64,000 nt of DNA from an uncultured Gammaproteobacteria bacterium (GCA_964530005.1 CAZGZD010000001.1:33541-97540), one strand, 5' to 3'; shown: positions 8,634 through 18,206, numbered from the stretch's first letter. Translations and numbers: made by a program. The notes: generated by a model not told the origin, from the letters alone.

Positions 8634-10818
8634 TACAAATTGGTATACTGAATTTATGTCTACACTTGTCCACCTTCACGTCAAAAATCCCAAAGATGAT
8701 GAGACGCCGATTGAGTCGGCTGTACAGATTTTTGCGTCCCTTTTGCCACGTGACTACTACCCCATTGCAAAACGCGCAATATTCCCCTACCCGATCTATG
8801 CTTTTGAGATATATCTTTTGCAACAAACTGTATATTTCTATATCACGTGTGAAGCGCGGCAGGAGACATTAGTTAAAAGCCTTGTGACGGCGGCATTTCC
8901 AACAGCAGTCGTGACAAAGACAACAGATCCAATGACACTTGTGACTAGTCAAAAAAATATTGTGCTCGGTGAAGAGGTGCTAAATGCCGCCTACATGTAC
9001 CCCGTAAAGACATATTTGGATTATGAGGATGTTGATCCACTCGCATCCCTTGTCGGTTTCTTGGGTCGACAACCGAGAGACATACAAGCTGCAGTGCAGA
9101 TTGCACTCAAACCAGCATCATTCCCATGGGCAGCGCGCGCGATGTCGAAAGCCAAGGCTATGTTCCATGATGTGCCAGCCGACAAATACACACATAACCC
9201 CGAGTATCGAACCATATCTCGCAAGGCTGCATTTCAGGGTGGTAAAGCATGTATACGCATCGTAGTATCGTCCAACACACACAGCTCACTTGGCTCCACG
9301 CTTCACAATCTTGGTGGTACATTCGGAAGCTTCTCACTTGGTGAAGGAAACCAATTCATATTCAGACGTCGCTACACGACACCTCAAATCCTCCTTTCTA
9401 GAATAAAGACACGCACAATTCGACCTCACGAACGACACAACCAAATTCTGAATGCTCAGGAGCTAGCAACTATTTGGCATCCCCCAGGATTTCTGCTAGC
9501 TGGTGTAAAAAATATCACATGGGGAAAAACTCTAAAGGGAGAGCCACCCGAAAGCCTACCTGTCGTGGACTCTGTCAAAAAGAAAGAAGATGTTAATTTT
9601 TTCGCAAAGTGTGAGTTCAGAAATAAAAATCAGATATTTGGCATAAAGACGGAGGATCGCCGCAAACATATTTATGTGATTGGTAAGACAGGTGCCGGTA
9701 AGTCTACACTTATTGCCAATATGGCAATTGATGATATACGACGCGGACGAGGTATCGGCATCATTGATCCACACGGAGATCTATCAAATATAATCCTTGA
9801 TTACATTCCACGCCGCCGAATGCGCGACGTCGTATACCTTGAGCCCTTTGATACTACGCGTCCCTTTTCACTCAATGTTTTAGAGGTCAAAAATAAGCAG
9901 CACCGCGACCTTGTAGCCTCTGGAATTGTCTCAATATTTAATAAGATTTATGGCGAAAGCTGGGGACCGCGACTTGAGTATATTTTACGAAACTGTATTC
10001 TCACACTCCTTGAAGTGGAGGGGTGCACGTTGCCAGATATCCTTAAGCTTTTGGCGGATAAGAACTTTCGTGACAAGACAGTGGCGAAGCTTACCGACCC
10101 AGTACTATCTGATTTTTGGACCAAAGAATTTGCCAAGATGCCCGACAACTTGCGAGCTGAAGCCATATCGCCAATTCAAAATAAGGTAGGCCAGTTCGTC
10201 TCCTCTCGTATGATCCGCAATATTATAGGTGAGCCAAAATCAAGTATTGACTTACAAAAAATTATGGATGAGGGAAAAATTCTCATTCTCAATCTTTCCC
10301 AAGGCAAGCTCGGCGAGGATAATGCGGCCCTTCTTGGTGCGATGATTATCACCCAAATTCAACTTGCCGCTATGAACCGGGCATATGTAGATGAGGACGC
10401 ACGGCGTGATTTTTTCTTATATGTTGATGAGTTTCAGAATTTTGCAACAACAAGCTTTATAAAGATTTTGTCTGAAGCTCGCAAATATCGCCTCTCACTT
10501 ACTCTTGCGAATCAGTACATCGAGCAGATCGAGGAAGATGTGACTAAAGCTATATTTGGCAATGTTGGAACTCTGATAACGTTTGTGATTGGAGCACGGG
10601 ATGCATATCCTTTGTCTAAAGAATACTCTGAGCTCTATACTGAGGGCGACCTTGTCTCACTTGGCAAGTATGAGATTGTGCTCAAGCTATCAGTTGATGG
10701 ACAGACATCAGCCCCATTCCCAGCTACAACAGTACCTTTGCCATCGCTTCGCAATGAAAACAGCAAAAATATAATCAAGCTCTCAAAAGAAAAATTCGGG
10801 AGAGCTGTAAAAAGTTGA
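8623..10818 (+). CDS. VirD4/TraG/TraD-like (type IV coupling protein-like) P-loop ATPase with a CPR-type N-terminal domain
   Basis: 731 aa with Walker A VIGKTGAGKST and Walker B/DEXX LYVDEFQNF, followed by ARKYRLSLTLANQY. An alternative ATG at 8656 would remove the 11-nt overlap with the upstream gene. Confidence 0.75.
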   Translation: MKTSTNWYTEFMSTLVHLHVKNPKDDETPIESAVQIFASLLPRDYYPIAKRAIFPYPIYAFEIYLLQQTVYFYITCEARQETLVKSLVTAAFPTAVVTKTTDPMTLVTSQKNIVLGEEVLNAAYMYPVKTYLDYEDVDPLASLVGFLGRQPRDIQAAVQIALKPASFPWAARAMSKAKAMFHDVPADKYTHNPEYRTISRKAAFQGGKACIRIVVSSNTHSSLGSTLHNLGGTFGSFSLGEGNQFIFRRRYTTPQILLSRIKTRTIRPHERHNQILNAQELATIWHPPGFLLAGVKNITWGKTLKGEPPESLPVVDSVKKKEDVNFFAKCEFRNKNQIFGIKTEDRRKHIYVIGKTGAGKSTLIANMAIDDIRRGRGIGIIDPHGDLSNIILDYIPRRRMRDVVYLEPFDTTRPFSLNVLEVKNKQHRDLVASGIVSIFNKIYGESWGPRLEYILRNCILTLLEVEGCTLPDILKLLADKNFRDKTVAKLTDPVLSDFWTKEFAKMPDNLRAEAISPIQNKVGQFVSSRMIRNIIGEPKSSIDLQKIMDEGKILILNLSQGKLGEDNAALLGAMIITQIQLAAMNRAYVDEDARRDFFLYVDEFQNFATTSFIKILSEARKYRLSLTLANQYIEQIEEDVTKAIFGNVGTLITFVIGARDAYPLSKEYSELYTEGDLVSLGKYEIVLKLSVDGQTSAPFPATTVPLPSLRNENSKNIIKLSKEKFGRAVKS

Positions 10819-10992
10819 TTCCACTTTTAAAATATCTTACCATCCAAATATTGGGATCTCAATAGCTTGAGCTTACTGGCCTCGGATTAATTCTTCTCCA
10901 TTCAGGGTATTTTCTAGCTACGAAACGTAGTACTTTTAAAAGAAAATAATATTTAGTTGACTTCTTCTTTTTATCTATTGTATATTTACAAT

Positions 10993-11706
10993 ATGTCTTT
11001 ACCACCAAAAGAGGGACCTAAAATACCTCCTATAGCCCCCGGCACTGTTGATCGTCCTATAAGTAAGCCTGCAGCACCACCTGATCTTGAAGCAGTAAGA
11101 CTTGCTGGTGGCATTAATCAAGCTCTTGATAGTCAATCTACAGTTGATCCAGATAGTCTTATTTCTGGTGTAGCAGACTCTACTGCAACGCGGGTAGATA
11201 CAGGAAGTACTAAAAGTCCGACTTCTGGTGACGAAGAATTTCTCAAAAACGGCGATATTCTAAATTACAACCCATTTAATCGATTAGATCGGGGTTTTCA
11301 AGACCTTCAACAGTTCGATAGAAAACACAGACAATTAATAGAGGAAATGACAAGTCGGGGTGAACCAATAGATCCCGCATTTGAGGAAAGACAGAATCTC
11401 ATCAGGGCCCAATTTGTAGCTGCGCTTGAAGTAGCAAGGAAAGAGGCGCCATCACCCCTTATTGAATCAGACCAAATTCCGTCTAGATTTGACTCAATAA
11501 GATTTGATCTTATTGGAGGAAATTGGTTCATAAAAGGAGATATGAGAGAGGTCGCAACCGCAATCTTAAGATATTCAGGAGATCAAATAAGATTTGAGCC
11601 AAACTCTGGTCCAGAAGGTGGAATTAAAGTCGTTGGTCAAAATCCAGGTGATGTAGCTGATATGGCTGGTGACCTTGCAAGACTAACTCTTCTATCTAAA
11701 GAGTAA
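10993..11706 (+). CDS. Hypothetical protein with a proline-rich N-terminus
   Basis: The ATG at 10993 lies inside TTG-initiated ORF 10957..11706. The protein begins MSLPPKEGPKIPPIAPGTVDRP and has no Sec signal. Confidence 0.6.
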   Translation: MSLPPKEGPKIPPIAPGTVDRPISKPAAPPDLEAVRLAGGINQALDSQSTVDPDSLISGVADSTATRVDTGSTKSPTSGDEEFLKNGDILNYNPFNRLDRGFQDLQQFDRKHRQLIEEMTSRGEPIDPAFEERQNLIRAQFVAALEVARKEAPSPLIESDQIPSRFDSIRFDLIGGNWFIKGDMREVATAILRYSGDQIRFEPNSGPEGGIKVVGQNPGDVADMAGDLARLTLLSKE

Positions 11707-11784
11707 GCAGCCTGTAGCTCCAGCAGAAACCCCTTGAGGATATTTATCTAAAAGATGTAGAGCTTTTTCCTTTATCTCACTTCA

Positions 11785-11814
11785 TTGACAACTCTACAAA
11801 ACTACACTTATAAT
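11785..11814 (+). promoter_or_regulatory. Consensus promoter TTGACA, 18-nt spacer, TATAAT, placed for a leaderless mRNA
   Basis: -35 at 11785-11790 and -10 at 11809-11814. ATG codons at 11820 and 11823 lie 6-9 nt after the -10. Confidence 0.6.
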
Positions 11815-11819
11815 GAATA

Positions 11820-12146
11820 ATGATGGCAATAACTGATGAATATATAAAGCAAATAAAGGTTGATTTTCTTCATCAGCTATCCGAACTTTTACGGACTGGG
11901 AATATGCCACTTGAGAATGCACGTGATATCTGCCGACAATTTAAGACATACAATCCATTCACGACATTTGAAGATCTCAAAACCAAAATCAAAGCATTCA
12001 CTCAAAAATATACTGAATTTGGCAAGATGTATACTAAGATTCTACGAGATGAGGAAAAGTATCGCACAAGTACTGTGCTTACTAAGATGCAGAGCCTCAT
12101 CGGCACTGGCAATATAGATCAAGCATTACAAGTAGCCAAAACATAA
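11820..12146 (+). CDS. Small helical hypothetical protein, first gene of a duplicated two-gene module
   Basis: 108 aa. Its stop is 3 nt before the next ATG. In size and position it parallels 44463..44906. Confidence 0.6.
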   Translation: MMAITDEYIKQIKVDFLHQLSELLRTGNMPLENARDICRQFKTYNPFTTFEDLKTKIKAFTQKYTEFGKMYTKILRDEEKYRTSTVLTKMQSLIGTGNIDQALQVAKT

Positions 12147-12149
12147 TTT

Positions 12150-13253
12150 ATGTCATCTATCATTGCGGCTCGACCAGGCATTGACACCCCTCCAGGAGCA
12201 GGTGTACCAAAGGAAGGAGCCCCCCCACCCCCAATTGGAGGTCCAAGGCCGGAGAGTACGCCTCCCACTGCGTCTGATTTTGGTGTTGAGACGACTCGAA
12301 CCCCTGCTGAACGGGCTAAAGACCAAGTAAAAGTAGCAGATGCAATTCTAGATGCTGTAAGAGATGACCCTAGTGGTGTGATTGATGTTTTGGCACATGG
12401 AGGAGCAACACCGATTAGTACTGAAGGTGTCAGTACAAAACCTGATACAAGAAAAGTGGCTGATCTTGAGACAGAACGTGCTGAAATTGCAAAAAGATAC
12501 AAAGATGGAAAACACACAGCTGATGACATATTTAGATTATCAGAAATTGATTCAGAGATTAAAGTTGCAAATAGTGCAGATGAATCTCGACCAGCTGCTA
12601 CAGACGAATCTACTCGATCAACACCTGCAGAAACCACAACGGCAGAACGAACCTCTCCATTATCGGAACTAAATAAAAGAATAGATGAGCTAACCGACAA
12701 AAAAAAGCTCACACCGGATGAAAAAACAGAACTAACTCAACTGGTTGCAGTCAAAGGAGAATATCAAAAAAGCATGTCGAATGAATTTATGGGTGCTTTA
12801 AAAAACTTAGGAGTAAATGGCTTAACCGAGCTCTCTATTGATCTTGTCAGATATTATATAACTCAGTATCCAGCAGGCTCAAAAGAACGCGTCGCTATGG
12901 AGCAAGCTCTCTCTACACTCAATCAAAAAAAAGCCATACAAGAAGCGGCCGGTACATATACCATATCAGATGAGGAAAAAGCCGCCTTACTCAAAGCAAA
13001 GGCTGACTATAACGAACTTGATGATAGCCAACGAGGTTCTTGGGCGGCATTTTTACTTGCTAATCAAGAAAAACAGTATAAAGATGGATCGAATGAACAA
13101 AAAACTCTGCACAGAGCCACCAGTATTCTTGAAAATAAAAAAAGTCACAGGATGGCTAAAGCTCTTGGAGTTTTGGGCCTTGCTGGTATTCTTGTAGCAC
13201 TAATTGCTCGAATGGCAAATAAAGCAAACTCTGGTGGTCAACAACAGGGTTAG
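12150..13253 (+). CDS. Pro-rich-N-terminus, coiled-coil, C-terminally tail-anchored membrane protein
   Basis: 367 aa. The N-terminus is ...TPPGAGVPKEGAPPPPIGGPRPESTPP and an internal motif reads DDPSGVIDVLAHGG. The C-terminus GVLGLAGILVALIARMANKANSGGQQQG is a single terminal TM plus a basic/Q-rich tail. Confidence 0.7.
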   Translation: MSSIIAARPGIDTPPGAGVPKEGAPPPPIGGPRPESTPPTASDFGVETTRTPAERAKDQVKVADAILDAVRDDPSGVIDVLAHGGATPISTEGVSTKPDTRKVADLETERAEIAKRYKDGKHTADDIFRLSEIDSEIKVANSADESRPAATDESTRSTPAETTTAERTSPLSELNKRIDELTDKKKLTPDEKTELTQLVAVKGEYQKSMSNEFMGALKNLGVNGLTELSIDLVRYYITQYPAGSKERVAMEQALSTLNQKKAIQEAAGTYTISDEEKAALLKAKADYNELDDSQRGSWAAFLLANQEKQYKDGSNEQKTLHRATSILENKKSHRMAKALGVLGLAGILVALIARMANKANSGGQQQG

Positions 13254-13271
13254 TGTGAGAAGACTTACACT
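13252..13271. terminator. Hairpin between convergent genes (possible bidirectional terminator)
   Basis: Stem agtgtga / ttacact (7 bp including one G:U pair) with a 6-nt loop. It overlaps both stop codons and has no U-tract. Confidence 0.3.
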
Positions 13272-13537
13272 CAAAGATCTTTCTTCCTCTTCCTATCCTT
13301 GATATTTTTAAGTGCGCTGGCGAGGATCGCGGAGACGAAAGTCACAAGCACTGGCGACTGCTTCCCTACCCACCCACTCGCGCGGGATACCGCGTCGAAT
13401 CCGTCCTTAAAACGATTTACCTGCCGCTTAAATCTTAGATAATACGCAATAAAGACCCACAAGATAGCAAACACAATGATGATTGATATCGTGAAGTAGA
13501 CAATGCCAAGTATGAGAAAGATATTCTGAACATCCAT
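13271..13537 (-). CDS. Small membrane protein
   Basis: 88 aa with a hydrophobic N-terminal helix (IFLILGIVYFTISIIIVFAILWVFIAYY), a second hydrophobic segment and a basic tail. Confidence 0.55.
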   Translation of the reverse strand: MDVQNIFLILGIVYFTISIIIVFAILWVFIAYYLRFKRQVNRFKDGFDAVSRASGWVGKQSPVLVTFVSAILASALKNIKDRKRKKDL

Positions 13538-13555
13538 AACGTATATTTTAGAAGT

Positions 13556-13996
13556 TTACTTCTTCTTTGTGGCTTTCTTCGCTACTGAGACTACTCGCTT
13601 AGCGTCAGATTGAAGTTGCTTTTTAAGTTTGATGAGCGCAGCTTGTGTGTATTTTGCGTCTTTCTTGAACGTGGAGACAACATCTGCCACTATTTTTTCA
13701 TAATTATCTCGTTTTATTGTGCCAGTACCTTTTTTAAACTCTTTGACCCGAGCGTCAACGTCACTTTTAGCCTTTTTATATAAATCTTTAGCATCGCCAG
13801 ATACTTTAGATGTGAGTTTTTTGATGTCGCGCTTTATCTCTCCGCTTTTTACCTTTTTCTCTATCGTTCGAGCCGCATTTTTTATATCCTCACGAGTCTT
13901 TTTGCCTGTTTTGGGAGCAAAAAGTATGCCAGCTATCGCGCCGGCTGCTGCACCCAATGCTACTCCAAGTCCCAATCCTGATTTTTTCTTTGCCAT
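13556..13996 (-). CDS. YtxH domain protein
   Basis: 146 aa. A Gly/Ala-rich N-terminal helix plus FAPKTGKKTREDIK is characteristic of YtxH. The remainder is a Lys-rich helical region. Confidence 0.7.
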   Translation of the reverse strand: MAKKKSGLGLGVALGAAAGAIAGILFAPKTGKKTREDIKNAARTIEKKVKSGEIKRDIKKLTSKVSGDAKDLYKKAKSDVDARVKEFKKGTGTIKRDNYEKIVADVVSTFKKDAKYTQAALIKLKKQLQSDAKRVVSVAKKATKKK

Positions 13997-14113
13997 AAGT
14001 TCTATGTTAACAGTAGCTACTGGGGTAAGTCAAGTTCAATTTAAAGCAACTTACTTTTCAACCAAACCTTTCTATAAACTTATAGACTACTATTACAAGC
14101 CATATACATCAAC

Positions 14114-15334
14114 CTATGCTTGTGTAAGTTGGCGCTCAACAACAGTCATCCCAAACTCTTTCGCTTTACTCCTAACTGTTTGCATTATATTGCCAATTGT
14201 TTCGTCTGATATTCCCAATTCTCGTCCACTTGAATAAGCCTCATTAAGCTGAAAATCTGGTTCTTCCGGATTCTCGTTGAGCGTTCTACGAAGTGCAGCT
14301 GTAAAACGATCTATATTAGCAGTTGCACTCTTCATTTTACCCTCATCTCTACTTTTAAGTGCACTTGACGCCGCCTCTCGCAACGCTTTCTTAAGAGGAT
14401 CCCCACCCAATACCATCGAACTTAAGTGATCATCTTGGATATCATGACCATAATATCCTATTTCGCCAACTGACACAGGATACTGACCCTCGGCAAAAGC
14501 CTGAAGGTAATCTGAATACTCCAACTTTCCTTTTTCCACCTCACCTCGTCGACCTGTAAGTAGCTTTATTTTTACTCCCAATTTTGCCGCAGCTTTTTTA
14601 ATTGTTTCAGGAGTGGGGACACCCACAATACGATATCCGTAATCAAATCCATCAATTACAACATGCTTTATTGCATACCCCAATTTTCCCATGAGAATAT
14701 GAGCATCGCCTGTGTGCAAATTTATAGATGCTCCATAAAATGCATCAATGTTTATTGACATTCCATCCGGTGTAGCGGTTGCGATTATTTTTCTCTCCGA
14801 ATTACTTCCACGATCTTTTATCACAAATTCTCCCTCTGGTATCTTGTCTAATGCTTGAGGGATCAGCATTGCCCGTTGTAAAAATACCTCAGCTTCTAAA
14901 CCCTGCGCATCAGGCGAACCAATCGGATCAATCCCTTCAGGCAAATCAGTTTCATATACCTTGTCGCCGATCATTATCTCTCGATTTATCTTCTCAGTCT
15001 GAGATTCTACTGTCGAAAAATCAGCGGGCTTCCTTGTTGTAGCTTCTTGTAACGCGACTTCTGCGGCCTCAGTATCTGGGGCTTTTGCCATATTAGACGG
15101 CGATGCTTCCAGACCCTCCTCGGGTGTGGGAGTCCGCACCTCAACTGGTTGACCTTCGCCTGCTAATATATCTATTACAGCATCTGGATCATGCTCTCCC
15201 CGCTTAAGTAGCCGATCTGCCAACATTCTCAAACGTCCTCGAATACCTGGAGATTGTTCAGTAGATGGTGGTGCTGGCTCGCGGGTAGGAAGTGGTGCAG
15301 TTTCTGATCGTGGAATTACAGGTACTTCTGGCAT
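14114..15334 (-). CDS. Hypothetical protein with an MPEVP Pro-rich N-terminus and a DPDAVIDILAGEG motif
   Basis: 406-aa ORF beginning MPEVPVIPRSETAPLPTREPAPP. It has no Sec signal and I recognise no catalytic family. Confidence 0.65.
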   Translation of the reverse strand: MPEVPVIPRSETAPLPTREPAPPSTEQSPGIRGRLRMLADRLLKRGEHDPDAVIDILAGEGQPVEVRTPTPEEGLEASPSNMAKAPDTEAAEVALQEATTRKPADFSTVESQTEKINREIMIGDKVYETDLPEGIDPIGSPDAQGLEAEVFLQRAMLIPQALDKIPEGEFVIKDRGSNSERKIIATATPDGMSINIDAFYGASINLHTGDAHILMGKLGYAIKHVVIDGFDYGYRIVGVPTPETIKKAAAKLGVKIKLLTGRRGEVEKGKLEYSDYLQAFAEGQYPVSVGEIGYYGHDIQDDHLSSMVLGGDPLKKALREAASSALKSRDEGKMKSATANIDRFTAALRRTLNENPEEPDFQLNEAYSSGRELGISDETIGNIMQTVRSKAKEFGMTVVERQLTQA

Positions 15335-15417
15335 GGGTTGATTTGGGGTAACTGAGGAACCTAGACTTAATTATGAAGAAGCTGGGAAGGTTAGTCAACC
15401 TGAATTTTATAATCCAG

Positions 15418-16323
15418 CTATACTGGTCCAACCAGTTGCGCTGGAGAATTGCGGTATTTGGTTTTGGTATTCGTCTCGAACATATGCCATGCAGAGTGAC
15501 CAGGCTTATTCTTTGCAGCTGACTTAAATACAAACACATCTCCCACTCCACCTGTTTCTTCATGCCAGGTTGGACTGATAAATCGGGTATCTACCTTTTC
15601 TTCAACAAGACCCTCTAAGATAGCTTTACCTAAATCTGTGTATTTTAGTGTAGTTAGAGATTCATCTTCGCCTGGATTTGCAAAGGTTGCTTTGAACTCA
15701 CCTTCAGTCGTCGTATGAATATTTACCAACCCCTCCCCATCTTGCAACAAAAATGCTAGAGACGAACTATCTCTATGCCAGCCTAAATCATTTTTCGTAC
15801 CCCGAACCCTCACATTTGCAGCCTCTTTATGGCTTTTAATTACCCGACTATCATCCTGAGCCTGTAGGTGCCTGATAATAAACTTTCGAACAGCCTCCAC
15901 CTTCTGCTCTGGAGTCATTGACGCATAATCTTCTCCTTCATCAAGTTGCAGCTTGGAACCATCAATCTTAAAACCAGGTATTTCATCAGCTTTCAATTTT
16001 AGCAATGCCTGATCAAGCTCTTCTCCATTGGTCACCACCTCCATATCTACTCGACGTGCCTCAACCAATCTGAGGTGCTCTGCACTCTTGTCTGATAGAT
16101 GTGACTTGTCAAAAGGCTGCGTGTCTGATGTCTTAGCACCTCCTCCTAGCGCTGAGATAGTAGCATCAGGGTCTTGAGAAGCTCTTAGTCTCAACTTATC
16201 TGCAAACTTTCTCCATATTCCTCTTCTTGCAATAGCTTGTTTACCTTGTGGTGATTGCTGAGTACGATCAACAGTTTTTCTCACAATCTCTTTTGAAGGG
16301 TGCGGATGTGGGGCTTCTGGCAT
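15418..16323 (-). CDS. Hypothetical protein with an MPEAP Pro-rich N-terminus and a DPDATISALGGG motif
   Basis: I prefer the ATG at 16323 to the TTG at 16341 used by the ORF track. That start gives MPEAPHPHPSKE, parallel to the neighbouring gene. Confidence 0.6.
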   Translation of the reverse strand: MPEAPHPHPSKEIVRKTVDRTQQSPQGKQAIARRGIWRKFADKLRLRASQDPDATISALGGGAKTSDTQPFDKSHLSDKSAEHLRLVEARRVDMEVVTNGEELDQALLKLKADEIPGFKIDGSKLQLDEGEDYASMTPEQKVEAVRKFIIRHLQAQDDSRVIKSHKEAANVRVRGTKNDLGWHRDSSSLAFLLQDGEGLVNIHTTTEGEFKATFANPGEDESLTTLKYTDLGKAILEGLVEEKVDTRFISPTWHEETGGVGDVFVFKSAAKNKPGHSAWHMFETNTKTKYRNSPAQLVGPV

Positions 16324-16354
16324 AGACTTAGTATGAAGCAAGCTAAACTAAGAA

Positions 16355-17131
16355 TCAAATCTTTATATCTTTATACTTAAGAACCCAGACCTTCACATAT
16401 ATCACCCAGAAACGGATGGCGGAAAAGAGTGCAAACACAAATCCAGGGAATCCATCCACATACCCCGAGTGGCGAAAATATGCCTTGAGGAACCAATGGA
16501 TAGGCTTAATCACGAAGTAAATGAAGCCATTGGGCTTTATGTCTTTTTTGACGAGAAGTGCGGCCTCACTGGTCGTGTACCGATCCCAACGAAGTAGATA
16601 TCTTGAGAAGTCTGGGTCCGCATAGTGAAGAATATCGCTTGTGAGATGACCGACTTCGCCCTTCACCTCTACATTCTCATGCACATCGCGACATGGGAAG
16701 TGCGCCACTCCGCGCCTGTAGAGCCGGATTGTATAGTCTGGATACTGCCCACCCTTGCTAAGAAATCTATTGAGGAATAAATTCCGTCGTGGAATCCAAT
16801 AGGCTACAGCATCTCCTTCTTTATACCCACCTATTATCTTCTGAATTTCAGCGCTTAGCTCATCGGTCAGCGCCTCGTCGGCATCAAGCTGCAAGATCCA
16901 CTCGCCGCGCGCTGCATCTATGGCTTTTTGCTTGTTAATATGGAACATCGCCGGATTATCTGTGCGGATGACCTTCACCTTTGACCCATAACCTTCAGCA
17001 ACTTTGATCGTATTATCCTCAGATTCCCCGTCAACAATAATTACCTCACTCACAATATCTATGGCCGAGTCAAGCGGATAATGCAAGTTTTTTTCTTCGT
17101 TGTGGACGGCAATACAGAGCGTAAGCTTCAT
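16355..17131 (-). CDS. Glycosyltransferase family 2
   Basis: 258 aa with LTLCIAVHNEEKNL, IIVDGESEDNT and LQLDADE (DxD). Confidence 0.85.
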   Translation of the reverse strand: MKLTLCIAVHNEEKNLHYPLDSAIDIVSEVIIVDGESEDNTIKVAEGYGSKVKVIRTDNPAMFHINKQKAIDAARGEWILQLDADEALTDELSAEIQKIIGGYKEGDAVAYWIPRRNLFLNRFLSKGGQYPDYTIRLYRRGVAHFPCRDVHENVEVKGEVGHLTSDILHYADPDFSRYLLRWDRYTTSEAALLVKKDIKPNGFIYFVIKPIHWFLKAYFRHSGYVDGFPGFVFALFSAIRFWVIYVKVWVLKYKDIKI

Positions 17132-17161
17132 GTGAATAGTATAGCAGCAATCGAGATAGTT

Positions 17162-18175
17162 CTAAAGATGTCCCTGCTGCTGAGTATTAGTACCGGTTGG
17201 AGATATAGAAGGTGTCCCTGTGCCAGCTGCTGGCGTTGCTTCGGAGACAGTGATATCGAGCTTATTTGAGTCAGGAGATGGCTTTGCGCAACTCATACCT
17301 TTGAGCCACACCTTGTAGTTGTGACCAGCTTCAAATCCTGCATATGTCGTTTGCTTCATTCCTGCTACCCCAACTTGCGCTTGAGTAATCCGGCTACCAT
17401 CTACAAGCCTGTTCAAGCCCTTACCATCTGGAACTAAGCACTTGTCACCAGCATTAAGATCATTACAGCTCCCGCTCCATGGATTGGCTTTGTCGTCTAT
17501 AAATATGATTGCTCCGTCCTGCTTTGGAGCCAACTGAAATTTGATTACGCGATTACCAGGGCGTACTACATCATCATCTCCACGAGTGGAACGCCAAGTA
17601 AGATTGGGAGCATGGCTTGCTGCATCATTGCACGCTTGTGCATATCCTGCTGCATCACGCCACTCTTGCTGTTTTTTAAGCTCTACCGCATACGCATATG
17701 CTCTCTGCCACTCTGCTCGAACTCGCGCTTCCTCTGCTGCTCGCGCGGCTGCGGCTGCGGCTGCTGAATTGTTGGAACTGTTGGAGCTGGCAGGTTGTCT
17801 GCCTGCTGCGCAAGCAGCAAAACAATTATTTAGAGCGCTTCCACAGGCTGCTCGCTCGGGAGCGTCTACAGAAGTTCTGTTATGAGTCCTTGCGTATTCA
17901 ATACATGCTTGCCAACCACTTAGACATCTATTTTGGCAGCCAGGCTCAAAAGCCTTCGATTTATTCGTCTGCACTTTCTGTGTGGCGACAAATCCAACAC
18001 CAACCATCAACAAGGCGAATACGGCTAGAAGTATTTTTGATCTTGGACTTTGATAAATGCGCACCAAAACATTCTTTTTCTTTGGTGATGCATCATCTGC
18101 AAGGGGTTGAGGTACAAAATCTGAAGCAATGTCATCTGCTTGTGGAGTTGAGGATTGGGATTGATCGTCACTCAT
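17162..18175 (-). CDS. N-terminally membrane-anchored, Cys-containing surface protein (paralog family A)
   Basis: 337 aa. A TM helix (ILLAVFALLMVGVGFVA) is followed by TQKVQTNKSKAFEPGC. The C-terminal beta domain IIFIDDKANPWSGSCNDLNAGDKCLVPDGKG is shared with 20921..21766. Confidence 0.65.
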   Translation of the reverse strand: MSDDQSQSSTPQADDIASDFVPQPLADDASPKKKNVLVRIYQSPRSKILLAVFALLMVGVGFVATQKVQTNKSKAFEPGCQNRCLSGWQACIEYARTHNRTSVDAPERAACGSALNNCFAACAAGRQPASSNSSNNSAAAAAAARAAEEARVRAEWQRAYAYAVELKKQQEWRDAAGYAQACNDAASHAPNLTWRSTRGDDDVVRPGNRVIKFQLAPKQDGAIIFIDDKANPWSGSCNDLNAGDKCLVPDGKGLNRLVDGSRITQAQVGVAGMKQTTYAGFEAGHNYKVWLKGMSCAKPSPDSNKLDITVSEATPAAGTGTPSISPTGTNTQQQGHL

Positions 18176-18206
18176 ATTTAATTAATGTAAATATACAACG
18201 CGTAAA

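Noticed and set aside
12119-12712. Minus-strand ORF of 197 aa
   Set aside because: It is antisense to the 12150..13253 gene and translates to S/A/V-rich low complexity. The plus frame has the conserved motif and the TM tail shared with its paralog.
13719-14237. Plus-strand ORF of 172 aa
   Set aside because: It is antisense to the YtxH gene and to the 3' end of the 14114 gene, and has no recognisable features.
16324-16341. TTG/GTG-extended N-termini in the ORF track (for example 16341, 20017, 44466, 10957, 62996, 57885, 56967, 61180)
   Set aside because: In each case an in-frame ATG slightly downstream removes an overlap with the neighbouring gene or yields the canonical family N-terminus. 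The extended starts cannot be excluded without experimental data.
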